A stretch of DNA of 24,000 bases from Metabacillus arenae (GTDB taxonomy: Bacteria; Bacillota; Bacilli; Bacillales; Bacillaceae). Made by a program: the position numbers and the translations under genes. The notes under the pieces are model-generated. The model made no database searches. It was not told the DNA's origin and saw only the letters and a program-made list of their open reading frames with translations. Shown here in pieces: positions 1 to 10,460 of the stretch (position 1 is the stretch's first letter; every line of letters starts with the position of its first letter). The stretch is from NCBI RefSeq assembly GCF_014773385.1, contig NZ_JACXAI010000015.1:45484-69483 (forward strand). The letters are read 5' to 3'.

Positions 1-1888
1 AAAGGATTTGTACGATTGTAAAACCGCTTAATACAAAGGCCATCTCACCGGCAATTGATAAATAAAAATAGCTTTGCAGGGCAGTAAATGCGAAAACACT
101 ATGTATGACGGCTATTGCGATCGGTGCAAAAAACAAAAGTTTGAGCTGTCTAGTAACAATTCTATTTAATTCTTTTTCAGTCAATCCCATCTTAGCAAGG
201 GAAAGATATTGCCGTCTATCATATTCTAAATCTGCATATAAACGGAAGTAAAGAAAACTTCCCGCAGCTATGAAAAATACTGTTCCAACAAGCAATGCTA
301 CAAAAAACATTGTCTGAAATAAGGTTCTTTGTATATCGATTAAGGTCCCGCTTACTGCAATAGCATAAGGTTTATTTGAGCTATACAGGATTTTTCCATT
401 ATCCGAGATTTGTTCAGCAATTCCGCTCGTTCTTTCAAAATCATCCATATAAAATCCAGTATAATGATCGACTTTTACAGGGGTATTAATCTGCTTAAAT
501 TGGCGGTCGCTTATGATTAAACCTCCAGAATTATAGTTATCTTCTACATCAATCAATAGATAATCCGGTATTGCTACGTGTTTAGAATAGCCGAGTGTTT
601 CAAAATTCATTTTGTTAGAGGTGAAGGTGACTGAAATGTCTTCCATTTCCTTGCTGGATTTTAGTTCCTGTTTTGAAGTAAGAACGACAAGAGCTTGATT
701 TTCTTTTAAAGGTTGATCTGAAACAGGAAATTCAGCCATCATTATTGCTTTCTTGTAATCAGAGAATGAAATGACCGGTACTAAATGTTTTGATTTTGAT
801 GATAAAGAAGATTTTGCCTGGACATATTTAATAGGAATTGTGAGAGTTTGATAGTCAAGATTCTTTTCTTCTAACTCCAGCTTAATTTTTTCCATATGCT
901 TTTGGGCGACCCTACTCCCTGCTTTTTCTATATAACTGATTGCGGCTGGATAATCATCATTAAAATGTTTAAATAAGCTATTTGTTGAGGCGAAAACTCC
1001 GACTGAGCAAAATGCAACGGTTGAAACGATTGTAACCATAAAGAACATTCTTGCGTTATCCTTAATATGGTAGGCAAGGCTTGATAGAGTAATAATGTTC
1101 GTTTTTCTCCAAAATAAAGATCGCTTTTTCTTTAAATACCGAATAATAAAAATACTAAGCTGATTGTAAAAAAAGTATGTTCCGGCAATCGTCATAATAC
1201 TAACAGGCAGCATCAAAATATATACTGTTTCTGACGTTGCAGTGGCTGATAAGGTATAACTAACTACTAACAGCCCAAATGATAATAACGAAAGCAAAAC
1301 AGAAGCCTTTGGTTCTCTTTTTGGTCTCTGAACAGATTGGAAGAGATCAATTAGTTTATTTTCTTTCAAAAGAAATGTTGTACAAAAGGAAATGATAAGG
1401 AACAAAATTAAAAAGGATACGATGGTAAGAGCTAGAGCTTCTAGTGATAGATAAAAGGGGAGAGAAGAGATCCCGAGAAACCTAGCACCGATCATTAAAA
1501 AAAGCTTTCCTGAAAAAAGTCCAGCACCAACCCCTCCTATGATGGCGCAAATGCCAATCAACATGTTCTCCATAAAAACCATTTTGTTTAGCTGCTTTTT
1601 GGTCATACCCAGCATTAATAAAATGCCGAATTCGCGTTTTCTTGTTTTTAAAAAGGAGCTGACAGAGTAAAAAACAAAAAAGAATGAAAAAATGTACATG
1701 ATACATTCAGCTGCAATTGTGGCGAGAGCGACAACAGAATAAATGGTTCCTTTTTGAATAAATGGATTGAAAAGAAACAATCCACAGATAAAGAAAATCA
1801 TAACAGAAAACGAACTGCTGAGAAAATAAGCTGCATAAGTTCTTTTATTGCGAATGAAATTTCTAAAGACGAATTGTGGAAAGGTCAG
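1..1888 (-). CDS. Bce-type ABC transporter permease (FtsX-domain, BceB/YxdM-like); C-terminus runs off the window
   Basis: My translation of the minus strand gives one uninterrupted 629-codon frame from 1888 down to position 2 (LTFPQFVFRNFIRNKRTYAAYFLSSSFSVMIFF...REFGILLMLGMTKKQLNKMVFMENMLIG...YFRLYADLEYDRRQYLSLAKMGLTEKELNRIV...). It shows N- and C-terminal FtsX-type TM bundles and a large central extracellular domain. It is missing from the ORF track because there is no stop in the window and no ATG/GTG/TTG near the 5' end. It overlaps the upstream ATPase stop by 26 nt. The likely start is CTG at 1888, 8 nt after AGGAGG (1897-1902). Confidence 0.85.
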   Translation of the reverse strand, partial: MTFPQFVFRNFIRNKRTYAAYFLSSSFSVMIFFICGLFLFNPFIQKGTIYSVVALATIAAECIMYIFSFFFVFYSVSSFLKTRKREFGILLMLGMTKKQLNKMVFMENMLIGICAIIGGVGAGLFSGKLFLMIGARFLGISSLPFYLSLEALALTIVSFLILFLIISFCTTFLLKENKLIDLFQSVQRPKREPKASVLLSLLSFGLLVVSYTLSATATSETVYILMLPVSIMTIAGTYFFYNQLSIFIIRYLKKKRSLFWRKTNIITLSSLAYHIKDNARMFFMVTIVSTVAFCSVGVFASTNSLFKHFNDDYPAAISYIEKAGSRVAQKHMEKIKLELEEKNLDYQTLTIPIKYVQAKSSLSSKSKHLVPVISFSDYKKAIMMAEFPVSDQPLKENQALVVLTSKQELKSSKEMEDISVTFTSNKMNFETLGYSKHVAIPDYLLIDVEDNYNSGGLIISDRQFKQINTPVKVDHYTGFYMDDFERTSGIAEQISDNGKILYSSNKPYAIAVSGTLIDIQRTLFQTMFFVALLVGTVFFIAAGSFLYFRLYADLEYDRRQYLSLAKMGLTEKELNRIVTRQLKLLFFAPIAIAVIHSVFAFTALQSYFYLSIAGEMAFVLSGFTIVQIL

Positions 1889-2633
1889 TTTGATCCCCTC
1901 CTAATAGCGATAACATATCCAGAATTTTTTGGAAGAATGCCTGCCGGTTTTCTCCTTTATAAATTTCATTATAAAAACTGCCGTCTTTAATGAAAATAAC
2001 CCGATCACAATAACTTGCGGCAACTGCATCATGGGTGACCATTAAAATGCTTGTGCTTGCTTGTGTATGAATGGCAGCCATCGTTTCCATTACATCTTTG
2101 GAAGCTTTTGAGTCCAGGTTACCCGTTGGTTCGTCTGCTAAGATAAGGGATGGTTGATGGATAATTGCTCTGGCAATTGCTGTTCGTTGCATTTGTCCCC
2201 CAGAAATTTCATATGTCCGGTTTTTTAAAATATGCTCAATCCCTAGCTTCTCAGTTACAGCAGATAATTTTATCTCCATTTCTTTTACAGATGCTCCGTC
2301 TAGTGTTAATGGAAGGACGATATTCTCCTCTACTGTGAGGCTGTCCAGAAGATTAAAGTGCTGAAAGACAAACCCGAGCTCATGCCGGCGAAATAATGCT
2401 TTTTCTTTCTTATTAAGTATATGAGGATTTTGTCCATTTATCATAATTTCTCCTGAAGTAGGTTCATCAATCGTGGCAATGACATTTAGCAACGTAGTTT
2501 TCCCGCTTCCAGAAGGTCCCATGATGCAGGCAAATTCACCTTTATTGATTGAAAAATGGACGGCATTTAATGCTCTGTGAGAAACTTTGCCTTCATAAAT
2601 TTTTGTTACATTTTTAATTTCTACTATCGACAA
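1863..2633 (-). CDS. Bce-type ABC transporter ATP-binding protein (BceA-like)
   Basis: Walker A GPSGSGKTT, Q-loop, signature SGGQMQR, Walker B LILADEPTGNLD and H-loop VTHD. The track ORF extends to 2681, but TTG at 2633 sits 9 nt after AAGGAG (2643-2648), and a TATAAT promoter element lies inside the longer version. The short start is therefore preferred (MSIVEIKNVTKIY...). Confidence 0.9.
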   Translation of the reverse strand: MSIVEIKNVTKIYEGKVSHRALNAVHFSINKGEFACIMGPSGSGKTTLLNVIATIDEPTSGEIMINGQNPHILNKKEKALFRRHELGFVFQHFNLLDSLTVEENIVLPLTLDGASVKEMEIKLSAVTEKLGIEHILKNRTYEISGGQMQRTAIARAIIHQPSLILADEPTGNLDSKASKDVMETMAAIHTQASTSILMVTHDAVAASYCDRVIFIKDGSFYNEIYKGENRQAFFQKILDMLSLLGGDQTDLSTIRL

Positions 2634-2665
2634 ATGAAACGACTCCTTGTTCAGGTTAATGTCTT

Positions 2666-2694
2666 CATTATATAAAGGCATATAAAACGTTGCT
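2666..2694 (-). promoter_or_regulatory. Candidate sigma-A promoter of the bceAB-like genes (-10 TATAAT, weak -35 TAGCAA, 17-nt spacer)
   Basis: The minus strand reads TAGCAA-N17-TATAAT (plus-strand coordinates 2689-2694 and 2666-2671). A weak -35 fits an activator-dependent promoter, and an operator lies just upstream. Confidence 0.45.
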
Positions 2695-2713
2695 ATTTCA
2701 CTATCTTACATTA

Positions 2714-2731
2714 CCTTACAAGTTTGTAAGG
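2714..2731. promoter_or_regulatory. BceR-type response-regulator operator (inverted repeat CCTTACAAGTTTGTAAGG)
   Basis: Perfect 8-2-8 inverted repeat. Its core TTACA-AGTT-TGTAA (2716-2729) matches the TNACA-N4-TGTAA motif I recall for BceR-like regulators. It lies between the kinase stop and the ABC promoter. An extra CTTACA half-site occurs at 2705-2710. Confidence 0.6.
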
Positions 2732-2846
2732 TTTCATTAGAAAAGCGGAAATCCCTGTTCTAGCGGGAAAAATCATTAGTCGAGCCGGAGTTTTTTGGCG
2801 CTTGTCTTCACTTAAAACTAAAACTTCTGGATTATTATAGAAAAAA

Positions 2847-3821
2847 TTAAAATAAAATTCTTACAGTAGTTCCTTTCCCAGTCTCTGACTCCAGCTCGAC
2901 CTGGTGACCGAGCTTTCTGCATATTTGTTTGACAAGGTAAAGGCCCATTCCTGTTGATTCCTGAAATCGTCTCCCGTTTTCACCAGTGAAATAAGGATTA
3001 AATACCCGCGGCAAGTCGCTTTTGGGAATACCTACACCTTCGTCACGAATTTCTAAAACGGTGGTATTGTTTAAAGAGTAAAACCCCTCAATATAGATTT
3101 TTTTGTTTTCTCCCATGGAATACTTAACCGCATTCGTAATAAGCTGTGTGACAACAAAAGTTAACCATTTTTCATCTGAAGTGATTTTTATGGGTTCCTT
3201 GATCAGAATATGCGGAAAAACCTTTTTGCGGATAAACAGCCTTTTTTGTTCAGATGCAGCTGAGCGGACGATTCTTTCTAAATCTAGGATTTGCACATGA
3301 AAGTCATGCTCAAAATGATCTAGCCGAGAACTATACAAGACCATATCGAGCCCTTTTTTTAATCGATCCACTTCATATCCTATAGCAGAAAAGCGTTTAT
3401 CCTCCTCATCCTGAATAAGTAAATAGATGACAGAAATTGGAGTTTTCATTTGATGGGTCCACTGATTGATAAACTGAATGTGAGATTCTAATTTATGCCC
3501 AGTGTTATGTAATTCATTTTGGAAACGGCGAAACTGTTTTTTTAATAGCTCGTGCAGGCTTTCTACTAATGGGGAAGGTGATTCCTGTTTAGGAAAATCC
3601 TCAAGGGAAACTTGTGATCTTTCCAAACGATAGTAAAATACTCGATTTTTTAAATAACGAAAAATAAGATAACCGATGAATAGGGTGAAGCTTAGAAAAG
3701 CAGCATACAAACTAGTTGTAATGTTTTGATTTCCATCGAGCCAATAAACAAAGGAAATAATTAGCAGCTGCACGATGTAAAGGAATGAGAGGGGCAGCTG
3801 ATCGCGAAAGAAAAGTTTCAT
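2847..3821 (-). CDS. Intramembrane-sensing histidine kinase (BceS-like)
   Basis: Two N-terminal TM helices are separated by a very short loop (WLDGNQNIT). H-box WTHQMKTPISVIYLL. HATPase_c motifs are present (LITNAVKYS, IRDEGVGIP, GMGLYLV). There is a 4-nt overlap with the upstream response regulator. Confidence 0.9.
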   Translation of the reverse strand: MKLFFRDQLPLSFLYIVQLLIISFVYWLDGNQNITTSLYAAFLSFTLFIGYLIFRYLKNRVFYYRLERSQVSLEDFPKQESPSPLVESLHELLKKQFRRFQNELHNTGHKLESHIQFINQWTHQMKTPISVIYLLIQDEEDKRFSAIGYEVDRLKKGLDMVLYSSRLDHFEHDFHVQILDLERIVRSAASEQKRLFIRKKVFPHILIKEPIKITSDEKWLTFVVTQLITNAVKYSMGENKKIYIEGFYSLNNTTVLEIRDEGVGIPKSDLPRVFNPYFTGENGRRFQESTGMGLYLVKQICRKLGHQVELESETGKGTTVRILF

Positions 3822-4519
3822 TCCTGATCACCCCAATTCGGATAGAGACGGTAGCCTTGTCCGCGTATTGTTTGAATAGAATCGTGTATCCCTAAGGTCA
3901 TTAGCTTTTTCCTAACCCGGGTCACATACACGTTTAATGTATTGTCATCGACAAATGCTTGGTCGTCCCAAATTTTCTCAAGCAGCCTGTCCCGGCTAAC
4001 TACACGCTCTGCTTTCTTCATCAGTTCATCAAGGATTTTGGCTTCTGTCAGGCTAAGCTCAACCTTTTCATGATGAAAAGAAAGGCTTAGTCTTTCGATA
4101 TCAAGCATTAATCCTTCAACATCCAATGTGCGAATTTGTTCATTGACCGAATAGGTTCCGAAAGCACGACGGAGCTGACTTTTAACTTTAGCGATTACAA
4201 TTTCATAATCAAATGGTTTGGTGATATAGTCATCAGCACCATTCTCTAACGCCATTACTTGATCCATTTTACTTTCACGCGCTGAAAGAAATAAAATTGG
4301 ACAAGTAGAGCTCGTTCGTATCTGCCTGCACCAATAGAAGCCATCATATTTTGGTAAATTGATATCAAGCAATACAATATGGGGGTCAAATTTTTTAAAC
4401 TCACTTAAAACCGTGTCAAAATTCTGGACAGCAAAGGTCTGATAGCCATATTTATTGAGATGTTCCTCTAGCAGCAGGGCAAGCCCTGTATCATCTTCTA
4501 CTATAAATATTTTAAACAT
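3818..4519 (-). CDS. OmpR-family response regulator (BceR-like)
   Basis: Receiver domain (IVEDD...LLDINLPKYDG...KPF) plus a winged-helix C-terminus (LTEAKILDELM...TIRGQGYRL). ATG at 4519 follows GGGGAGA. The track start at 4582 adds 21 implausible residues. Confidence 0.9.
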   Translation of the reverse strand: MFKIFIVEDDTGLALLLEEHLNKYGYQTFAVQNFDTVLSEFKKFDPHIVLLDINLPKYDGFYWCRQIRTSSTCPILFLSARESKMDQVMALENGADDYITKPFDYEIVIAKVKSQLRRAFGTYSVNEQIRTLDVEGLMLDIERLSLSFHHEKVELSLTEAKILDELMKKAERVVSRDRLLEKIWDDQAFVDDNTLNVYVTRVRKKLMTLGIHDSIQTIRGQGYRLYPNWGDQE

Positions 4520-4733
4520 AACAAATCTCCCCGAACTAATAATGGATGTATGTATTGTACTAAAAAGCTGGGAAAATATCACCTTCTCATCAGTAGGATT
4601 CTAATACTAGATGAAGAATATCTGAGTTTTAGAAGGACAGCTTAAGTATACTTAAAGGAAGAGATGCTTTAGTAACAGAGTCAGCGGGGGGAAATCCTCT
4701 AACGTTCCAGGGGCAGGCACTGGCAACAAAAAT

Positions 4734-4764
4734 AGCTTGATCTCTCTGAATAAGAAACCAAGCT
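4734..4764 (-). terminator. Weak candidate terminator after the GntR regulator gene
   Basis: On the minus strand: AGCTTG, a 19-nt loop, CAAGCT, then ATTTTTGTT. The stem is only 6 bp, so support is weak. Confidence 0.3.
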
Positions 4765-4777
4765 TCTCTTTATATTT

Positions 4778-5488
4778 TTATAAAAAATGGCTATTCGCTT
4801 GGATGAAGAACTGTGATTGTTCATAGTTATAAGAAACTTTTGAAAAGTCAAATGGCTGTCCATTGGTTAAATGAAAAATGGTTTCAACGTAAATTTTAGG
4901 TTCCCCTTTTTTTAAACCTAAATACTTCGCTTCTTCCTCTTTAAGCTTATCGGCACGAAGGTATAAATCCGAAAAACCGACCTTTAATCCTAATCCTTCC
5001 CTAATATAGTTAAATATTGATTCAGAAACAATTTCTTTATTCAAATAGGTAATGATGGATTTATTATAAAACGATTCTTCTAAGCATAACGTTTGCCCGT
5101 TAATATAGCGAACTCTTTTTACATAATAGACATCGTTATCAGGTTCAATATTTAAATTATGAGCCGCTTCCTGTGTTGGTTTTCTCACTTCTAATTCAAT
5201 TACTTTTGTAGTGATATTAAAATCCTCAAGACTCTCTTTAAACCCTTGGTTAGAAAGCAAACTAATATAACCTTTTCTCTTATGCCTTCTAACAAAAATT
5301 CCGCTGCCTCTTACTTGAAATATGACCCCTTTTTTCTCTAACAGATCTAAAGATTTCGTAATCGTACTCTTACTCACTTCAAATTGAGTCATTAATTTTT
5401 CTAATACTGGCAGTTTATCTCCTTGTTGAAGCGTATGATCCTCAATAAACTTTTCAATTTCGATTGCAATTTGCTGGTACTTTAACAT
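4778..5488 (-). CDS. yydK: GntR/HutC-family transcriptional regulator (YydK-like)
   Basis: N-terminal winged HTH (LPVLEKLMTQFEVSKSTITKSLDLLEKKGVIFQVRGSGIFV) plus a UTRA effector domain. It closely resembles my recollection of B. subtilis YydK and is divergent from a PTS/bglA operon. ATG at 5488 (MLKYQQIA...) lies 6 nt after GAGGA. Confidence 0.8.
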   Translation of the reverse strand: MLKYQQIAIEIEKFIEDHTLQQGDKLPVLEKLMTQFEVSKSTITKSLDLLEKKGVIFQVRGSGIFVRRHKRKGYISLLSNQGFKESLEDFNITTKVIELEVRKPTQEAAHNLNIEPDNDVYYVKRVRYINGQTLCLEESFYNKSIITYLNKEIVSESIFNYIREGLGLKVGFSDLYLRADKLKEEEAKYLGLKKGEPKIYVETIFHLTNGQPFDFSKVSYNYEQSQFFIQANSHFL

Positions 5489-5597
5489 ATACATTCCTCA
5501 TTAGTTGATTTATGTCACTCAATATCAGAATTATAGCATAAACTTATCAAAAGCTCATTCAATAATATTATACATATATAAAAAATTTATTCGGTTA

Positions 5598-5626
5598 TTG
5601 ATAAATTATACCGATACAATTATAAT
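5598..5626 (+). promoter_or_regulatory. Sigma-A promoter of the PTS-bglA operon (TTGATA-N17-TATAAT)
   Basis: TTGATA at 5598-5603, an exact 17-nt spacer, TATAAT at 5621-5626, about 37 nt upstream of the TTG start. It is flanked by the inverted heptamers TTGATAA (5598-5604) and TTATCAA (5633-5639), a possible GntR operator. Confidence 0.7.
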
Positions 5627-5639
5627 GTAAGTGTTATCA
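5626..5639 (+). promoter_or_regulatory. cre-like CcpA site (TGTAAGTGTTATCA)
   Basis: Matches TGWAANCGNTNWCA at every specified position except the central C (T here). It directly abuts the -10 box of a sugar-utilisation operon. Confidence 0.4.
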
Positions 5640-5662
5640 AATAAATTAAGGGGGGATTTAAA

Positions 5663-8993
<3,331 letters not shown>

Positions 8994-9043
8994 AATAAAA
9001 TCAAAGTAAACCACTTCATCCTACTAACTTAGTGGTGAACGAT

Positions 9044-9239
9044 AACCCGAATAATGGACACTTATAAAGTGAATCTTCCATCAGTGGGGGTTTTCTTCAT
9101 CCCCCATTGATGGTTAGATGAACCAATCGGACCTTTACGGGCAGTTAGGCCCCCTCCTCAATCTTCGTCCCACTGAAGATTGAGGAGGGGATTTTACTGC
9201 CCGTTAAGAGTGGGATAAAAAAGTGCCTTATTCGGGTTT
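9044..9239 (+). other. Highly structured ~196-nt intergenic element: closing helix, two internal hairpins and a possible pseudoknot (structured RNA or MITE-like repeat)
   Basis: P1: 9044-9063 pairs with 9222-9239 (about 17 bp, two bulges). P2: 9078-9090 with 9101-9113 (13 bp, one G-U). P3: 9151-9166 with 9175-9190 (16 perfect bp), extended by 9138-9145 with 9196-9203 (8 bp). P3 loop TCCCACT (9168-9174) is complementary to AGTGGGA (9209-9215). A T-run follows P1 on the plus strand. Confidence 0.5.
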
Positions 9240-9420
9240 TTGTGTTTCAAGCGGTCGAAGGCCAAATAACCTTAGTTGGAATAGTTACAAAATTCTCTTA
9301 TTCCACATCAGCACCAGTGAATATGAGGGAAGTATGTCTAAAAGCAAATCTTCCTAACAAAACTGCCAAATTAATAGTTAAATTTGATCGTCTGTCAAAT
9401 GGTCTTAAAAGCAGAAATTG

Positions 9421-9466
9421 CAAAAAAAGCTTATCATTAAGTATTTTTCGTACCTTTTGATAAGCT
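9421..9466 (-). terminator. Rho-independent terminator of the kinase-like gene
   Basis: On the minus strand, a 9-bp stem AGCTTATCA/TGATAAGCT (9458-9466 with 9428-9436) has a 21-nt loop and is followed by T7. Confidence 0.55.
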
Positions 9467-9483
9467 CTTCAACTTAAATTCTA

Positions 9484-10104
9484 TTATTTCCTTGGTATTG
9501 GGATAAGATGACTCTTATATAATGCAGCAATCAGGTTTAAGAGAAAGCTAGGTATTTTCCTTGGAAAGTAGGGTTTCAAATAATATCGATAATAGGCATT
9601 TTTCAGGTCGTCCCATTGGCTGCATTGCTTTTTTTGCTTAAATCTCGCCACATCAATCAGCTTGATTTCACTTGCAGGTGTAAGAAAAATATTTCTTAAG
9701 TGGATGTCAGAAGGATTTAAGCCCTTTTGTCTAGCAAGCTCCAAGACAATATCTATTTCTTTAATTTTTTCGGAGTCAATTGGTACTCCCTTGTTTAAGC
9801 ATTCAAAAAGAGTATGTCCCTCAATGAAATCCATAACAATGTAGTTACTGCCAGATTCATATATAGTTGGAAAATAGTCAGTATTCTCTAAGACTCTATA
9901 TATTTCTGCCTCTTCTTGAGCAACATGCTCAAATTGAGGAGGGAATATCTTAATAACTTTGTCTGTATCTCGTATTCTGAAAGCACAAGCACTCCTGCCT
10001 GTCCCGATTAGTTTTAGATCAGGGTGGTGTTTGTAAAACTGAATGCTTCCTTTTCGGCTAGGTTTAAATTCTATACTCTCTGCATAAACCGAATATTTAT
10101 TCAA
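9484..10104 (-). CDS. Small protein-kinase-like fold protein (YrzF-like putative Ser/Thr kinase)
   Basis: Gly-rich loop IGTGRSACAF, beta3 Lys VIKIF, alphaC EEAEIY, hinge IVMDFIEG, catalytic loop SDIHLRNIF and a metal-binding Asp in KLIDVA. TTG at 10104 lies 9 nt after GGAGGAGG. The track start at 10155 reads through the RBS. Confidence 0.7.
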   Translation of the reverse strand: MNKYSVYAESIEFKPSRKGSIQFYKHHPDLKLIGTGRSACAFRIRDTDKVIKIFPPQFEHVAQEEAEIYRVLENTDYFPTIYESGSNYIVMDFIEGHTLFECLNKGVPIDSEKIKEIDIVLELARQKGLNPSDIHLRNIFLTPASEIKLIDVARFKQKKQCSQWDDLKNAYYRYYLKPYFPRKIPSFLLNLIAALYKSHLIPIPRK

Positions 10105-10157
10105 TAACCTTTTCCTCCTCCCCCGATCCCATCCTAAGCAAGCTATTGCAAGCAATT

Positions 10158-10277
10158 TCAGGATTTTTTACCTTTCCTTTTGTTCAGCTCTTTTTTTAGC
10201 AAAGGGATCCCTTTCTCCTTCAAAAGTTTAGGCCCCTCTTTCTTTATATATGCAGTTACTATTTTTTTAATAGACAT
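10158..10277 (-). CDS. Hypothetical 39-aa Lys-rich small protein (MSIKKIVTAYIKKEGPKLLKEKGIPLLKKELNKRKGKKS)
   Basis: ATG at 10277 lies 9 nt after AAAGGA and ends 53 nt upstream of the kinase-like gene start. It is the C-terminal part of the 81-aa track ORF. The upstream part of that ORF spans a terminator-like hairpin and a T8 run, so the short form is preferred. Confidence 0.4.
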   Translation of the reverse strand: MSIKKIVTAYIKKEGPKLLKEKGIPLLKKELNKRKGKKS

Positions 10278-10313
10278 AAAAATCATTCCTTTCAGAAAGT
10301 GGTTGAATATGAC

Positions 10314-10349
10314 AAAAAAAAGACCTCGCCCAATAAATGGTAAAGGTCT
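10314..10349 (-). terminator. Terminator-like hairpin plus U8 inside the leader of the small-ORF/kinase unit
   Basis: On the minus strand, AGACCT (10344-10349) pairs with AGGTCT (10321-10326) across a 17-nt loop and is followed by T8. The hairpin ends 36 nt upstream of the small-ORF ATG and about 100 nt downstream of the predicted TSS. The stem is short (6-7 bp). Confidence 0.35.
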
Positions 10350-10460
10350 CGCAAACAACACATGTTGCCAGCAAAGCCGAGGATAAACCTGTATTGACGG
10401 CATTACTGTCTTAGCTACTCCCCTTTAAAAAAGGATAATATGTTTAATTGTCTTATAATT

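Noticed and set aside
1482-1990. Track ORFs 1482-1706 (-) and 1754-1990 (+)
   Set aside because: Both are out-of-frame or antisense to the continuous 629-codon BceB-like frame that I translated by hand. They are shadow ORFs.
5495-5662. Expected RAT/terminator (BglG/LicT antitermination) leader for a bgl PTS operon
   Set aside because: The promoter-to-start distance is only ~37 nt. No RAT-like sequence or terminator hairpin is present, and no BglG-family gene is in the window.
9078-9113. Hammerhead-like CTGATG core on the minus strand of helix P2
   Set aside because: The motif reads CUGAUGG rather than CUGAUGA. It is buried inside a continuous helix rather than at a three-way junction, and no matching GAAA/cleavage-site arrangement exists.
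9242-9460. 72-aa GTG-start ORF directly after the structured element
   Set aside because: No Shine-Dalgarno sequence precedes it; the GTG sits inside the T-run after helix P1. The composition is unremarkable and the ORF runs into the terminator of the convergent kinase-like gene. I treat 9240-9420 as non-coding.
10158-10403. 81-aa version of the small ORF upstream of the kinase-like gene
   Set aside because: Its ATG at 10403 is 14 nt from the nearest SD-like sequence. The extra 42 codons read through the hairpin/T8 run (giving GLFFVIF). The internal ATG at 10277 has its own AAAGGA, so the 39-aa version is preferred. This remains unproven.
10380-10440. TPP-riboswitch-like fragments (GGGGAG...CTAAGA...TAATGCCG) in the kinase leader
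   Set aside because: The ACCC...GAACCTGATC pyrimidine-sensor helix and the overall P1-P5 arrangement are missing. The resemblance is probably fortuitous.
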